From Azolla caroliniana (Eukaryota > Plantae > Polypodiophyta), in NCBI GenBank assembly GCA_043228905.1, contig JBHGNT010000010.1, positions 11,780,001-11,844,000 of the forward strand: DNA of 64,000 bases, read 5' to 3'. The notes beneath the pieces are model-generated. The model searched no databases. It saw nothing but the letters and a program-made list of their open reading frames with translations, and was not told where the DNA came from. This document shows, piece by piece, positions 52,042 to 64,000 of the stretch (positions are counted from its first letter, which is position 1; each line of letters starts with the position of its first letter). Both the position numbers and the translations under genes were made by a program.

Positions 52042-52260
52042 CTCAGAGAAGAACGATATGAAATACGTCCCTACATACATACATACATACTACAGAAAAA
52101 ACCTATGTATACATATATATGTATGTTGGTGGTACATGTACATAATATGCATGGGTGGGAGTCGGGACACATACACATACATATACATATGCATGCATAT
52201 ATGTATGTTGCTACTTGTGTGTGTTTGTCTATACACATACATAGTGGACACCAATTTTGG
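51573..52260. repeat. Microsatellite cluster in the MO25 5' UTR/promoter: (TTTCTC)n, (CT)n, (TG)n(AG)n, (TACA)n
   Basis: Read directly. Confidence 0.85.
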
Positions 52261-53846
52261 GGGAGGGTAGGAGGAAGGGAGGAGACAGAGACAGAGTGAA
52301 GGGGCGGGGCTGGGGGGGATCAATGAATGAATTTCGGAATGCCTCACTCACTATTTGGGGGTTGGGGGGAGCCTCACATGGGGTAGCCTTTTGGACTTAT
52401 TGATTTATCTATCATCCACATAGCAATGCTATGGAAAAAAGACTTGACCATTGATGACTGAAAGAGAGAGAGAGAATGCACATTACATTAATCGAATGTT
52501 TGCAAAGTATTTATTAATTTGAGGATGTTTGTTTATTGCATTGAGCACGTGTAGCTTTTCTCGTCTTTGTGTGTCTTCGATTGGCAATGATTGACCAAAT
52601 GTGGACCAACCCTGGAATGTCCATGTGTCCCAGATATGTTGCCATAACATGTGTGTGGATTTATGTGGCCTACGTAATACTTTTCAATTAAATGTTTTAA
52701 CTATAGGATAAGTGTGGATCTTCACTATTCTTGATTGTTCTCACTATAAAACACAATCAACATTTGCCCTCTAGCAAATGGGGTGGAAAATGTGTGTTGA
52801 GAAGTCTTCTTTCACATCAGTTGGAACTAACCTTACATGAAAACTAATTATTTTCAATGTTGATTTGATTGGTTAGCAGTGCACAATGTTCTCTTAATCC
52901 AATTGTTTGTGGGTTCCATTTGCTAGTACAATTTTGTTGTTAAAGGGGGGACGGGGCAGGTCACCCCGATAGAACTTTTGTGGGTTCCAAATATAAAAAA
53001 ATTCCTTTTCCTTTTCTATTTGAATCATGCCATGCAATTTTCCAAGTGCTTTTAGCGTTCACAAATGACCCTAACATCTAACTAAGGAAGTATCACCTCT
53101 AAGATATGAGTTCCGAGACATTTAACCAACAAGTAGGAGATAATTACGAGAGCAATCTATCGCCCTTGAGATAATGAGCATGTCAGGTTAGAAGTGTTAA
53201 CTCATGCCCCCTCAGATTGGCATGTCATGTTAATTTCTCAATGATGATTTATTTGTTAAATAGAAGAATTGGTGGAGGGTGTGGTTGTTAAATGGGTTGG
53301 TCATGGTGTGAAATCGATATATTTTGCTGTGTAAACATAATACTAAAACTTTAAGAGATAGAGAGGTGTTTTTTAATGAAAAAGATTATACAAGCAATTA
53401 TATCACCCAAGCAAGATAACCATATCATGTGCAACTTAGGGTGACATTGGAACCAAAGGGGTTGTGGACCGTGGTATGTTATCAATGTGCTATTGTAGAA
53501 ATTATGTTCTTTGTCATGTCATAATTGTTCATATGTCTATTCATAAAAGAAATATCATAAAGTTAGGGGAACCTTGAGAGTTATTTCTAACTCCCTAATC
53601 TAGATTCAATGTGTGGTGATGTGGAAACCACCATATTCATTGGGCTACACTTGCTTCTTCTTCATTACTGATAAAGGGGGGTTGTTATTTGTCAAATCCT
53701 CCAATCCAGTAGATATTTCCAAGTCTTCATACCATAATTCTAGCCATACTCATATACCAATATTTGTATCATACTCATATGTGAAAAGGCTCTGAGTATG
53801 ATTGAAATCCATACGTGATACATAGATATATACATACATTGTACAT

Positions 53847-53896
<50 letters not shown>

Positions 53897-53931
53897 AGGG
53901 AGGGAGGGAGAGAGAAGCTTCTTCTTCTTCT
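53847..53931. repeat. (TG)n(AG)n(GGGA)n(CTT)n compound microsatellite
   Basis: Read directly. Confidence 0.9.
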
Positions 53932-54353
53932 AAATTTGTTGTTACTATTATTGTTGCTTTTATTGTGACTGAATTGCTATTGGCCATGGCATAAGCTCCT
54001 CCTCCTCCACACCCCCCAACAAGTCCCAACGTTAGACTCAACCTCTATGAATTCATCTTATCCAACCACCGCATGAGTGAACCCCACTGATCATCTCTTG
54101 CCATGATGAGTAGGATCGTTTTATGGATGGTTTTAGAGCTGCCATATACCGGCCAGCTCCTCCCAAGACCATTACCCTCTCCACTATAGATACTATGAAA
54201 CCTTAGAAACAAACTTTTCTTCACCAAGATGGGAATCAACTTTTGGAGAATGGTCTTCGAATCCTATTTCGCACTCCTCAGAATTTTGTTTCACTCCTTT
54301 TCATTGGTCAGGCTTCAAGTCACGACTAATATCAGAAAAAAACCCTAAAAAAA

Positions 54354-54455
54354 TGTAAAAGTAAACGTGTGGAAGCGTTCGACAAACCGGCTCAGCCGGA
54401 TAGCAACAAAAGATAAGAAGAAAACTTAACACAAAGAGAGAGAATACGCGTACGC

Positions 54456-54497
<42 letters not shown>

Positions 54498-57400
54498 AAA
54501 ACGTAAAAGTAGATTCAAAATAACAAATAGTTCTCTATACATACAATGTGCTCACACAACACTATTTATACAAGTCCTTAGAAGGACAAACAAACGTACA
54601 ATGTGCTTCAATGCTCCTACGAGCAACTGACACTAACTACGAGACAACAACTACCTAGTAGTCTAGGCTACTACTAGGCTTCCGGTTCGCACTCAAATCC
54701 GGCTCTCCGATCCGGCCAGTTGTTTCGGCCGGTTGTTTCCGGATACCGATCCAGTTCTTGGCTCAAGATGTCGATCCGACTTAGGCTTATTCAACCGATC
54801 TGGATCCGGTTTACCTTGCCCACTCAATACTCCCCCTCAAGCTCAACTTGAGGTCGGATCGTGGTGTTAGTGTCTGTGGCACCCGGTCCTTCCATACCTC
54901 GACCTTCTTGATCGGCTTGTCTACTCATCAGGCCCATTTCAGCTCCCTCGTTGCTACGACTTCGACGCTTGTCGACTCGTCGATTCCTTCATGTTGGCGT
55001 TGACTTCCTGTGCATCCTCGTCCGTTTGGCCTTGAGTTGATCCGGCTCTTCCGAATCCCACTGTTGAACCAAACCGGTTGTCTCTGATTCGTTCCAGCTC
55101 TTGTTCGAATCGGTCACTCCCGATTCGTTCTGACTCTTGTCTGAGTCGGTAGTTCCCAACTCATCTTCTGGTTTGAGGCCATTCACAACATCAGACCATG
55201 TCTAGGTCTTGGCCTTCTTCTTCCGGTTGGCTCTATCCTTCTTGACTCTACCGCTTCTGCCGCTTGCTCCGACTTGTTCGGATGTGCCGACTCCTTTGGT
55301 CGACTTGGCTTCCTTTTTCCTCTCATCTCCCCCTGTCTTGGTTCTTCCCTCTCCGGTTCCTTGTCCGATGCCCTCACCCTCTTCTTTGCCTCTCCCCCTC
55401 AAGTGTGGCACGTCAAGATGTTGAATGCCAAGCATTTCGGTGAAGTGCTACAACTTGTCCGATCTGCGTGGTTTGGTGAAGATATCGACAACTTGTCGAT
55501 CCATCTGAACATACTGAAGTTTGACTTCACCACTCAGGACCCGCTCATGCACTAAGTGATAGTGCACTTCGATGTGCTTCGTCTGAGCATGGAACACAGG
55601 GTTTTTGGCGAGCTGTATGCTACTTATTTTAGCGCAGTAGATCATGATCGGGGTCGGTACCTCGATCCGGAGGTCTTGCAGCAGTCGTTGGACCCAAATG
55701 GCTTCATAGGTGGCAATGGTAGCGTCCCGGTATTCAGCCTTAGTGCTCGATAGAGCCACTGTCGACTGCTTTTTGCTGCACCACGCAACAACTGCGCTAC
55801 CTAGGGAAAACATGTAACTGGAGGTGGATCGGCGATCTGATACATCACCAACCCAGTCGGCATCGGTGTATCTGACTAGCTCTTCAGTTATACCATACCA
55901 GTATAACAGTCCCTAGTCCTTTGTGCTGCTCACATATCGCAATATTCGATGCGCGCACTGAAGGTGCTCTACGGTTAGCTTCTGCATGAACTGGCTGATC
56001 ACTCCGACCGGATAACTTATGTCGGGTCGGGTGATTGTTAAATAAATGAGGCTTTCGACAATTTGTTGGAACCATTTCTCATTGTAGGCCGGTCCGGAGT
56101 CGGGATGTAGCTTTAGGTTTTGGTCCGGGGGCATAGAGATCTGTCGATATTCCGTCATGCCAAACTTGTACAACATATTCAACATATAATGGCGTTGTGA
56201 GAGCAATATGCCGTCCGGAGTTCAGGTCACCTCGTTAAGGTCCCCCAGGTCCTTCATTTCAAATGCGTTTGATAGCTGGGACTTCACTCGGCCGATTTCA
56301 TCGAGTCTAGGTCCGGTGATGACTAAATCATCTACATAAAGCCAAATGCAAACCGGGCCGTCTAGACCGTTCTGGATGAACAATGAAGAGTCGGACTTAG
56401 AGGCCACAAACCCCACCTTACACAACCAATGCGTGATCTTTGCATTCCAAGCTGGAGGGGCTTGTTTCAAACCGTAAAGCGACTTCTTGAGTTGGCACAC
56501 TGTTGACTTGTTCATCTCTAATTGGAAACTGGGGGGTTGGGTCATATAGACCCGTTCTTCAAGATCACCTTTTGAAAAAGATGCCATCCCCTTGCCGCAA
56601 CAACAACCAGTACCACACGAACCATCGTCATCTTCGCTATCGGAGCAAAGGTCACGTTGTAGTCGATTCGTGGGTCTGTGCGTATCCCTTCGCCACTATC
56701 TGGGCTTTGTATCGGTTGACCGAACCGTCGGTGTTGTACTTTACCTTGTACACCCACTTGCAACCGATTGGTTTGCATTGTCGGGGTGGGTCAACCAGGT
56801 CCCATGTGTCGTTGGCATCTAGTGCCCACGTTTCTTCCTCCATAGCAACACACCAATTTGCGTCTTTCGTTGCTTCTGCATAACTCTCTGACTCACGCAC
56901 TTCCGCCACCTTAGTCATGTACGCATAGTGATGCGCCATGTACTCATTGTACCTGTACCTCATGATAGGGTTCTTCTGGCGGGTTGACCGACGTAACTTG
57001 TCATTACCCGGTTTGAGGCCCATTTTGGCCAGTTCGGACTTCCTTTCTGAAGATCCGCCTTCTTTCTTTCCGGGATCAGACTCGCTTCAATCTGACCCTT
57101 GACTGCCGGTATCGTATTCCAACATCTTCTTCTTCCCCTTTTCCTTGCGAGTGAACCGTCACCTCGGTTCCTTGTGCGGGGAGAGCATGACAGAGTCTCC
57201 ACTACTCACTAGTTCTTCATCTGACTGGTCATCCCGACTCAACCGCTCATTCGGCCCACTTAGCTGGAATGAGATCAGACTCTCTTCTAGAGTGCCGAAG
57301 TCTTCATCTTCTACCTGGACCTCCTCGGGCTCACTAGCTTCATCTTCCGGAATCGGGTTGGAGTCGGAGGTTGGAGTCGGTAGAGAGTACCATGATGCTG

Positions 57401-60042
57401 ACTCATCAAACTCGACATCTCGGCTTACTCAAACTTGCTTAGTTTGGGGGTTATAACACTTATACCCCTTCTGCTGATGCGAGTAACCAACTAGGATGCA
57501 CTTCTCCGACTTCGGATCTAGCTTCCTCCGCTTCTCATCCGGTACATGCACATATGCTATGCTACCAAATATCCGAAGGTGCCTCAAATTTGGCTTGTGC
57601 CTGAAATACAGCTCGTGTGCAGACACCTTGTCACCGATCCGGTCTTGGATGTAGATGGCCGTCTGGACCGCCTCAACCCAGTAGAATTTGGGCATGCTCT
57701 TCTCCTCCAGCATTGCCCTTGTCGCGTCAACAATCGACCGATTCTTCCTTTCGGCCACACCGTTTTGCTTTGGTGAGTATCTGTAGCTGAATTCTCTTCA
57801 AATTTCGGTTTGCTGTAGATAACTGTTGAATTGGCCGTAAAATTATTCTTTTTCACCATCCAACCGCAAGCACTTGATCTTCCTCTTCGTTTACCGTTCA
57901 ACCAAGCTTTGAAGGTTCCGAAAACACTCAAAGACTTCGCTCTTCCTCTCGATGAGGTAGATCCACATGTGCCGGCTGTAGTCATCGATGAAGGAGAAGA
58001 AATACCGACTCCCGCCAAGATTAACGTTCTGTGTAGGTCCCCATACATCCAAATGTATTAGATCGAGTTGTTACGGCTCCGATTTTGTTCGGTGGGGAAT
58101 GGAAGCCAGTGTTGCTTCCCGAGTTGGCAGGCTTCACAAATTCTGGCTTTTCGGCCGCTAAATTTCAGCAACCTGTAAACAACTTGTTTCGATTGCATGT
58201 CCTGAAGCCTCCGGTAATTGACGTGGCCGATCCACTTATGCCACAGGTCAATGTCTGACTCAAACTTCTGTCCTTTGGCAAACATAGCGGTGCCGACATC
58301 ATTAGTGTTGAGGATGAACATCCTCTCGTCTCTGCGCCCTTGCGCGATTATCCGGCCTTCTTCCTCAATGAAGCACCCAAGGTGCGTAAACCGCACCTGC
58401 ATTCCCTGGTCAACGATTTGTCCGACCAATACCAGGTTCTTTGTGATAGTCAGAACGTGTAATATGTTCATCAGCTTCCCCTTTTGTCCAACATGGCTTA
58501 AACGGACTTCTCCGACATGCACAATCAGGTGAGGGGTGTTGTCTCTGGTTTCGACAATCCCCGGTCTTCTCGGTTCCGGATACTTCTAATCCTTTTGCGT
58601 AGTGCGAGCTTTGCCAGTTTTCCCGACCAATTTTTCCGGATCCGGATTTGTTTGAATCGGCGCGCTTCTTCCAAAACTCGCTCCCCTGTGGCCCTTTTTG
58701 CCACAGTACCAGCATTCCGTGTCAGCTTTTCCTTGCCGGCTTCCGGCGCCGCTTTGACTCCCCCTGCTTGTGGAGGGTCTAGAATTGCTATCGACACCAT
58801 CTTTGTGCCTTCGGTTCTAATCTTGCTGGCCGCCTCCATTGTGTGCCGACTCACCTTGTCCATCATGTCCACGGGGCCGATCTGTCTCTGTGTACAACAT
58901 CCGGTCGTCCGATTGAGTGGTCCTCGACCAACTCACGTGGTTTTCTTCGATCATTAACATCGATTGCAAGTCGAAGAAAGTCGGTGGCTTCACTTGGGTG
59001 CAGATCGCTGTCCGGATTGGCACGTACCTTTGCGCTAGACCACCGAGGCAGATTTGTACCATCTCATCTTCATCCACTGTCATGTTGATGGACCCCAGTG
59101 CATCACAAATCTCCTTTATCTTGGTGGTGTAATCCGTAACCGACATGTCTCGTTGTCGGATGTTGTTCAACTCTTTCCAGAGCCGCAACTTACGAGCTAT
59201 GGTACTCAGGATGAAAATCTTCCTCAGATTTCCCCAGGCCTCCTTCGGTGTTTTTGCATCCTTTATGTAACCAAGCATCTGGTCGTGCACATAGGACGCG
59301 AGGCAGTACAATACTCTGCTTGCTCCTTTCTCACATACCGGTAAGTCCTCGTGTGTCAACTCTTGCGCTACCTCGTTTGTTCGTTCCACGAAGCTCCAAT
59401 ATCCATGCCACAATAGGTATTGGTGCATCTTATATGACCCGGACGCATAGTTGCTCCGGTTAAGCTTCTCTGTTGGAAGTGAACTCGCCATTCCTTTGTC
59501 CATATCTTCTTTCTGTCTGTTCTTACCGGGTTCTAGGGTTTGTCTACGAAAGTAAGTGTCGGATGCAGAGATTCTCAAACCTCGCTCTGATACCATGTAA
59601 ATGTTAATGTGCGAAAGCGTTAGATAGAACCGGCTCAGCCGAATAGCAACAGAGAATAAGATGAAGGTTTAATGGAGAAGCTTAATACACAAAGAGTATA
59701 CACGGGAGAGACAGAGAGAGAAGAACATAAACTTTGATTCAAAAATAATAAAACCACTCTGTACATACAACATGCTATAACAACACTATTTATACAAGTC
59801 CATAAAGAACTGATAGAAGTACTGACAAGTATTTTAATATTCCTACGTGCGAATGACACTAACTACGAGACCATGATTACCTAGTAGTCTAGGCTACTAC
59901 TAGGCTTCCGGTTCTCGCTCGAATCCGGCTCTCAGATCCGTCTCACTGATCCGGCCGGTTGTATCCGGATACCATCTGGATACCGATCCGGCTCTTGTTT
60001 TTGGATACCAATCCTGATCCGGTTGAGCTTGCTTGCTCAACA
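54354..60042 (-). mobile_element. Copia family C copy 2, full layout but degenerate: 5' LTR 59596-60042, 3' LTR 54354-54829
   Basis: Perfect PBS TGGTATCAGAGC at 59595-59584. gag MDKGMASSLPTEKLN, integrase, RT WLYVDDLVI, RNase H HAQTKHIEVHYH and PPT at 54830-54838. No matching TSD. Confidence 0.9.
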
Positions 60043-60249
60043 GAACCCTTCTTTGAAAATGTGATCTGTATCAAACACTTGGAGCGAAAGAGTCCCCATC
60101 CCAAAAGAATTTGCATATGGTTCAAGGATAAATCCAAAAGGACAAATGACTTATTTAGATCCATAATTGTCAACATGTGTCTTTGTGATTACAATTTCCT
60201 CCCAATAAATTTAATATCAAAATGTGAGCATAAATTAGAAAGAACTTTT

Positions 60250-60950
60250 CCATAATACCATTACAACACATTCAATGTATATGTTGTTACAACCTGTCCC
60301 ATGGTTTCACGAACATGCAAATGCATTATGGAGCCTACAGAAAACGCAGTCCTGGCGGAAAAACAGGCTTACAAGCTTATGGAGCTCTGGTCTTCCACTT
60401 AAGCAACGAGTATTCCTATGGAGATGCCTATCGGGTGTGCTCCCGATTGGGTTGAATCTTCAAAAGAGATCGATAGCCTCACTACATTGTGAAAGATGTG
60501 GTGGACGATTGGAAACGGTCCCACACTTATTATGGACTTGTTCATTCATTACAACATTTGTAAAAAGACTAAGTGCATCTCTTTATTATCGATTTCCTAA
60601 CCGAAGGTTTGGCAAATACTTTTTGGATATTTGGACAAATTCCGTGCGTTCTATCCAACAATGCCAATTTTCTCCAATGGACACGATTTTGGGCACTCTG
60701 GGCCATTTGGACAGCCTGCAATAATAAGGTCTTTGATGGAAACCAACTACATGAAGTTAGCTTCTTTAAGCAATCCCTCAGGCAATCTCTATTTGATTGT
60801 TTGCAACTTAGAGACATCACACTACAAATTTACAATCTTTACTTTGTGTGCTTTTAAGCTCTTTAGTGTTTAATCGACACTTGTATATTTTTCTTTATTC
60901 TTTGTGGGTGTTCACCTCACTTTGAGGGTTTCCCACTAGTAATAAAAGTG
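60250..60950 (+). mobile_element. 3' fragment of the same L1 family as 41675-44012, in the opposite orientation
   Basis: YMLLQPVPWF...FLWRCLSGVLP...CERCGGRLETVPHLLWTC; the reverse complement aligns with ~41675-42140. Confidence 0.85.
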
Positions 60951-61350
60951 TTACTGAAAAACGAACTTTTCCATAATAATGATTGGCTAACAATATTGTG
61001 GTCAACAATATTCTACAATGGCTTTGACCTTAACCATATGCACTCTTTTTTTTTTCCAAAATGAAGCTACTTTCCCATTAGTTAGGAAGGATTATTACAA
61101 AGGGACTATACAAGGAGGCTTAAACATAGATCGGGGAATCTCCCTCCGATCAAGTTCAAGAAAATGAGACTAGTTACATCGCCTTTCGGATTGATTACTT
61201 AATGTAAGTGCCTATAGCTAAAAACGGTGCCCTTTAGTGATGGCTAGTACGAGACAACTCCTAGGGTCGACAACGAAGGGAGGGTGGTAAGTGAGACAAA
61301 AACAACCAGCGTGGGGGCTGGTAGTTCCACCTCGGGCCACTTCCTCCTTG

Positions 61351-61838
61351 TGTCACCATAGGCGTTGTTGTGAAGAATTCCGGCTATAGTGTGAAACCGG
61401 GGTGGAATAGGGCGAGTCGGTGGTGTGCAACATGTGCACATGTATAGTAGGAAACAATGTATAGAATATGGGGAGTATTTATCCCACATTGTAACACATC
61501 CCTCTCCTTGTTCTATAAAAGGAAGGGAGCGCCTCTTGTGAAGGGGTTGCCCATTTTGAGTTAGGGGGATATACCACTTAGGTCGAAGGTGTGTTAGTTC
61601 TTCTTCTTCTTACTTTAGAGTTCTTTGAGGTCTTCTTCTTTGTGTATGTTTAGGGTTTTAGCCTGGTGAAGAGCCTGGATGTTCAATGGGGGCTTACTTC
61701 TGCTCGGCCTCCTATGCAAGACCCTACTTGGCGTGACGAGCCCGAGAGCTCCCCGACGGCGGCTTGGTGGAAGACTGTTGTTGTACCTAGCCTACCTCAG
61801 TCCGGCTCGGAGCCAGAGTTGTATCTTGCTCTTGTTTG

Positions 61839-61870
<32 letters not shown>

Positions 61871-64000
61871 TAGTGAAGTTCTGCGCATCTGTGTCTTTGT
61901 CAGTGTCTTTGGAGTTCCTTCTTTCTGGTTTTTGTACATAGGATGCGTGTGCCTAGTCAGTGTTGCGTGTGCGCCCTTTTCCCTCTCTCATACAGTTGCT
62001 CCCTGTACGTATCCGGAGCTCCCAGTACGTATCCGGAAACGCTCTGGTTGGTGTCTTGGCCGGTTGCGGGAAGAAGTGAGGCTCGACCTTCCATACTCCG
62101 TCTCTCTCTCTCGTTCGAGACCCCCGTGGTCCCGCCCCTTCTACACGCATGTGCGTAAAAACACGACATATTTGGTGAACCCGACGTGAAGGGCGGCAAG
62201 GGAGAATGGAGTTGGAAGAAGACGACTTCACACAACTTTTTGTCGAAGTGGTGAGGGAGTTTGGATGAGCAACAACAAGACAAGAGTCGGCGCACCAAGC
62301 GGTTGAGCGATTGGTCGAAAGAGTCGGCCGTTTCAGCAGGGACAAGGTCCCATTCCACTTGGAAGACTACAACACGGAAATGGAGGAGCGAGACGTAGAC
62401 GAGGCGTTGAGGCTGGAGTTCTTCTGTCGGGTCGTCGTCGTCCGTATGCATGCGGAAGTGAAGGAGCTCCGAGAAGCTCATAGTTCGTGGGAGGCCTTTG
62501 AAGAGACGCTCATGCAGGCATATGGAGGACAGCAGAAGAGCCGGGGACGACACGACTTCGACTAGTGGGTTGCATCGGCGAAGACCCACCAGGGCGCGAT
62601 GAAGGCGTTCTAAGAGTTCGAGCGGCGGCTTGCTCGGCTCCCAGAGCGGGAACAAGGTTTGGTGGGGGCGGACAAAGTCCTGTTGTTCGTTAAGTCGATC
62701 AATCGAGCGGAACAGGAGGCCATTGGGATTGAGCTTGAAGATGAGGACAGAGCGAATGGCCTTACGGAGGATTGGTTGAAGGTTGGAAGGGTATGCCAAC
62801 GGCTAGATGATGAGTAGGCCGAGAAGGCTAGGAGGAAGGTGTGCAACGGTGCACCATCACAGCGGGAAGAGGTCGAATGACAAAGAGAATCGACAAGGCT
62901 CGACTTCAGGGCCAGGATTGCGAAGGCGTACGCAACACTCGAGGCAATGATTGAGGAATAGGAAAGATCGAGGCCGCAAGCCGAAGCCAAGGAGACGAAC
63001 TTGCCCCACGAGATGGCAGAAGATCGGTACGACGGTGCCACGGGAGAGGGTGCGGAACAAAACGCCCTCTCGACTTGTGGAGATAGAACGGCCGAGGACG
63101 AGGCCGAGATACCGACCGTGGAATCAGAACGTTGGGACTGGTGGTTTCGGGCTCGTCAGCCCGGAATTCCGGACATTGGAGAAGCAAGCCCAGGTGGGGC
63201 TTGTGCGATCGGTAAGAAGACGACCACCGACCACGAGGAGCCGGTGGCTACGGACAAGGGCGTAAAACAGATGGGCAATTCTTCGCGTCTTCCCACACTT
63301 TCTCCCGAGACGATGGTAGTCGGGCTTGAGTGCCCACGTGAGTCCCATGAGGAGGAAGGCGGCAGCGTGAGACCGAGAATCATCGGCAATACGATATGGG
63401 GAAAGAGTGAACAAGAGCCCTCGGAACCGATTCTGGAGAACTCGGCATTCGGGCCCTTAGACCCATGTGAGACTGAGGAGATGGATGACAGTATCGAGGA
63501 GTCCTGGCACGATGCTAGTGAAGATGGATGGGAAATGGCCTGCGAGAAGGTCGACGAAGAGATCATGAAACGACCCGACCGGGAACCGAACCGCACGGCA
63601 CTCCAATTCGGGTGGAGTGCGATCTGATCATGGATTGTTCGACCGGGGCCAGAATCGGTATGTGGGTGCTGATACGGGAGAGGGTGCGGAACGAGCTGCC
63701 CTCTTTTACATGGGGAGAAAGACCGATCGGGCGAAGGTCAGGAATCGAAATGAAGGTGATCAAGGGTTTGGAACCCGTCTGGCAGGATCGACATCGGAGC
63801 CGAAAATTCGGACATTGGAGAATCAAGCCCAAGCAGGGCTTGATTGATCACAGAGCGGATGCTATCCACCGGCACCACTAAAAGGGTTGGTGGCCCCGGA
63901 GGAGTCGTCGTGAGCCATTACGAAATCGGTGTCCCCACATCTTGACCAGAGACTTCGGCAGTTCGAGCCAACATGGCAACGTGAGACCGAAAGAGATGGA
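61351..64000 (+). mobile_element. Non-chromovirus Ty3/gypsy 5' part: LTR ~61351-62168, tRNA-Trp PBS, degenerate gag from ~62206
   Basis: TGTCACC...ACACGACA with a TATA box at ~61514. PBS TGGTGAACCCGACGTGA at 62173-62189. Gag-like VGRFSRDKVPFHLEDYNTEM with stops. The LTR start is inferred from similarity to 14621. Confidence 0.8.
62173..62189 (+). promoter_or_regulatory. Primer-binding site complementary to the 3' end of tRNA-Trp
   Basis: Reverse complement of the plant cytosolic tRNA-Trp 3' end (...UCACGUCGGGUUCACCA), recalled from memory; starts 5 nt after the LTR-terminal CA. Confidence 0.75.

Noticed and set aside
51515-52270. 251-aa ORF antisense to MO25, and similar RERERE/SLSLSL ORFs elsewhere
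   Set aside because: These are produced by stop-free microsatellites.
53986-54350. Gene fragment after the compound microsatellite
   Set aside because: The ATG is followed by an immediate stop and no identifiable motif.
41675-60950. Composite transposon formed by inverted L1 fragments around MO25
   Set aside because: LINE fragments do not act as TIRs, no TSD is visible, and independent insertions of an abundant family are sufficient explanation.
61957-62799. 280-aa minus-strand ORF as a novel gene
   Set aside because: It is the antisense shadow of GC-rich gag and LTR sequence, with no recognisable motifs.

Overview
This is eukaryotic, TE-saturated land-plant DNA. The TE families look like those of a non-seed plant such as a fern or moss (inference only). 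The one clear host gene is an intact 11-exon MO25/CAB39-family gene on the minus strand (47763-51570), which has a GC-AG intron. Most of the rest is nested, largely decayed mobile DNA: a Sola-like DDD transposase pseudogene with a divergent partner gene running off the left edge, three Ty1/copia families, two Tcn1-like chromodomain Ty3/gypsy elements, two related non-chromovirus gypsy elements (one with a tRNA-Trp PBS), L1-like and RTE/RTEX-like LINEs, and a hAT MITE. Several insertions have readable target-site duplications. Four observations stand out. (1) Both chromovirus families carry an antisense, tRNA-shaped A-box/B-box module with exact tRNA spacing at the start of U3, followed by perfect heat-shock elements and a TATA box. 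(2) A young chromovirus is internally scrambled so that its LTR would transcribe an intact gag in antisense. (3) Two copia families share a double-PPT layout and an inverted repeat that would loop out the PPT/LTR junction. (4) The Sola-like element appears to have two genes and a possible C-terminal chromatin-reader domain. All coordinates were read by eye, so boundaries without a TSD are approximate.
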